From Hyphomicrobiales bacterium (GTDB taxonomy: Bacteria; Pseudomonadota; Alphaproteobacteria; Rhizobiales; TMED25), in assembly GCA_965204565.1 (NCBI GenBank), contig CBDBEU010000003.1, positions 591,305 through 655,304 on the forward strand: 64,000 bases of DNA, written 5' to 3'. A program made the translations under genes and the position numbers. Of the stretch, positions 62,182 to 64,000 are shown one piece after another; the stretch's first letter is position 1; each line of letters starts with the position of its first letter. The notes below the pieces were generated by a model, which worked only from the letters and a program-made list of their open reading frames with translations, was not told the origin of the DNA and searched no databases.

Positions 62182-63225
62182 ATGAGATTTGGCTTATTCG
62201 GCAGTGCGCAGACCGGCGACAGTAATCTTGGAGATGGAACCGCCCAAGGGTTTCATGACTACATAGACTTCAATGTCGAGGCAGAGCGGCTCGGCTATTT
62301 CAGCACGTTCCTCGTGGAACACCACTTCACCGGCTGGTCGCAGGTCTCTGCCACGTTGAACCTGCTCACCTTTCTTGCTGCGCGGACCAGCAAGCTCCGT
62401 CTCGGCACGGCGGTCATGGTTTTGCCCTGGCACAATCCGGTACTGTTGGCAGAGCAAGCCGCAACACTTGATGCCCTATCCGGCGGAAGGCTCGATTTCG
62501 GTATCGGCAAGGGCTACCGGCATAGCGAGTTCAAAGGCTTTGCCATTCCGGCAGCACAAGCAGAAGACCGGTTCGAAGAAGCGCTTGATATCATTCTGAG
62601 GTCGTGGATAACGGCGGAGCGCTTTTCGGTTCGAGGCAAGTTCTGGAGCTTTGAAGACATCATTGTCGAACCTGCCCCGGCGCAGAAGCCTTATCCTGCG
62701 ATCTGGATGGCGGCCGGCAGTGAGACATCGATCCGCAAGGTTGCCGCCCGCAGCTTCAATCTGCTGCTCGATCAGTTCGCCGAGGCCGAGCTGACGGGCA
62801 AGCGGATCGAAACGTTCAAAGCAGCATGCAAGGAACAGGGACGCGCGTTCCATCCCCTGAATGTCGCTGTCGCGCGCGACCTTTATATCGCCGATGATGA
62901 AGCGGAAAAATCTGCTGCCATCGGCCGCCTCAATGCCGTTCGCCAGCGCATGGTCGAAGTCGCGCGCGCGCCCGATCAATCAAGCGGCTCGCACATTCTG
63001 TCCTACGCCACCTCGGGAGCTCCCAGCGCCGCGAACGCGCTGATTGGAACGACCGGTGAGGTGCATGAAATGCTCCAGGCACTTCAGGCGGCCGGCGCGG
63101 AGTATGTGATAGTCAACATCATCGGCGGATCGCGCCCGACGCTGCGGCGATTTGCTGATGAGATTGCGCCCGGATTTGGCCACAACCAAACGCCCGCTGC
63201 GGACGATGGCCGGCTGCACGCCTGA
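62182..63225 (+). CDS. LLM-class (luciferase-like) flavin-dependent oxidoreductase
   Basis: 347 aa from ATG 62182 (SD gggag at 62171-75): MRFGLFGS…FLVEHHF…LRLGTAVMVLPWHNPVLLAEQAATLDALSGGRLDFGIGKGY…. Confidence 0.9.
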   Translation: MRFGLFGSAQTGDSNLGDGTAQGFHDYIDFNVEAERLGYFSTFLVEHHFTGWSQVSATLNLLTFLAARTSKLRLGTAVMVLPWHNPVLLAEQAATLDALSGGRLDFGIGKGYRHSEFKGFAIPAAQAEDRFEEALDIILRSWITAERFSVRGKFWSFEDIIVEPAPAQKPYPAIWMAAGSETSIRKVAARSFNLLLDQFAEAELTGKRIETFKAACKEQGRAFHPLNVAVARDLYIADDEAEKSAAIGRLNAVRQRMVEVARAPDQSSGSHILSYATSGAPSAANALIGTTGEVHEMLQALQAAGAEYVIVNIIGGSRPTLRRFADEIAPGFGHNQTPAADDGRLHA

Positions 63226-63261
63226 TTTCGCGACGTCAATCGCCCGCATTGGGTTGCCGAT

Positions 63262-63819
63262 TCAACTGATCGCCGCCACACACTCGGCGAACTTCTCATC
63301 AGGTGAGTGGTCGTTCAACGTCTTTCTCTGCCGCTCATTGAGTTCCCGCGCCACAGCACAGGTCAGTGCCTTTGGGGAAGTACTGTCGCAGCAGCCGGTT
63401 GGTGTTCTCGTTGGTGCCGCGCTGCCGGGGGCTGTGGGGATCGCAGAAGCAAACCTCGAGGTCGGTCGCAAGCGTGAGACGCTTGTGGTCGGCAAGTTCC
63501 TTGCCCCGGTCCCGGGTGAGCGACCCGCGCAGTTCGCGCGGCAGGTGCTGAACCTGTCTGACGAGCGCGGTTACGACGCCGTCGGTTTTCTTGTCGGGGA
63601 CCTTGGCGAGGAGCACGTAACGGGACTGACGCTCGACCGGCGTTGCGATGTAACTGTTGCGAGAGCCGGCAGCCCCTCCCGGTGGCCGGACGTTCGCGGA
63701 TCGGGACCGCATCTTTGATCCAGCCGAGCCCGTCGCGCTTGAGACCGGCGTGCCGGGAGCGGCGGATCGCGCGTGTTGCCCGCAGACGGGCCGGCAATAT
63801 GCCTGTAGACATTTCACCT
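63262..63819 (-). pseudogene. IS30-family transposase, C-terminal half, frameshifted, cut by IS5 copy B
   Basis: …VERQSRYVLLAKVPDKKTDGVV…SLTRDRGKELADHKRL…VCFCDPHSPRQRGTNENTNRLLRQYFPKGTDL and …ELNERQRKTLN… form the IS30 DDE region in 3 frames. Confidence 0.8.
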
Positions 63820-64000
63820 GAGGGCCTCTATCAATCCCGCTTGTTCGTCCGATTTTCTGTGATTTTGGCGCGGCGTGGTCATCTGAACTGGTTTTGTGTT
63901 TCGGATGCAGCGACGTGACCCGCTTTCAGAGCGTTCCTGGTTGCTATTGAACGGACACGTCCCGTGATCAGGCGGTGACGCTGCCTCCGAGTTGGACCAG
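63820..64000 (-). mobile_element. IS5-family element (type 3), copy B, inverted relative to copy A; continues beyond the window
   Basis: 63820-64000 is the reverse complement, with a few mismatches, of ~55420-55606, covering the last ~30 nt of the transposase gene plus the 155-bp tail. The terminus TGAGGGCCTCTATCAATC begins around 63819-63820. Confidence 0.85.

Noticed and set aside
55607-63819. Calling the pst-containing segment a functional composite transposon
   Set aside because: Copy A's transposase carries a stop, and copy B is not fully visible. Copy A has no target duplication, and both copies sit in other IS debris. I therefore report it only as a geometry worth checking, not as a mobile-element feature.

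Overview
High-GC (about 60%) alphaproteobacterial chromosome; gene content and order look Hyphomicrobiales/Rhizobiales-like, which is my inference and was not searched. An intact housekeeping block at ~31.1-47.8 kb (ydcF-like, ftsX, ftsE, zinc-ribbon protein, TIGR02302/DUF4175 protein, lysA, small lipoprotein, argH, tlpA, hbd, etfA, etfB, rhomboid protease, PduO-type adenosyltransferase, HIG1-like protein, adhC) sits inside heavily eroded accessory DNA. By my coordinates, roughly a fifth to a quarter of the window is insertion-sequence material. It comprises six fragments of IS1380-family elements (most from one element, one more divergent), three different IS5-family elements (one present twice in inverted orientation), four IS3-family elements, two IS630-family elements and two IS30 fragments. 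None has an uninterrupted transposase gene. About 20 cellular genes are pseudogenes or stubs: a HerA-type ATPase, a DUF4011 helicase stub, a P2-like tail module next to tRNA-Lys(CTT), cpaD/E/F, an MCP, a T1SS ABC exporter, a B12-radical-SAM enzyme, a DMT transporter, an amidohydrolase, a bicupin, a GT2 glycosyltransferase, a CarS-like enzyme, a CBS/P-II/DUF1538 operon and pstS. Intact accessory genes are two ABC ATPases plus a permease, an FkbM methyltransferase, an orphan molybdopterin oxidoreductase subunit, an alpha/beta hydrolase, a solute-binding protein, pstC-pstA-pstB-phoU, a YjbR-family protein and an LLM oxidoreductase. I found no intact novel multi-gene system, CRISPR array or rRNA. 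The most interesting signals are a decayed defence/prophage stack at the tRNA-Lys locus with a HerA-type ATPase whose partner gene survives only as a 53-codon tail, an odd T-rich repeat-bearing 550-bp spacer next to it, an 8.2-kb pst segment bracketed by inverted IS5 copies, and the overall picture of recent IS expansion with gene decay.
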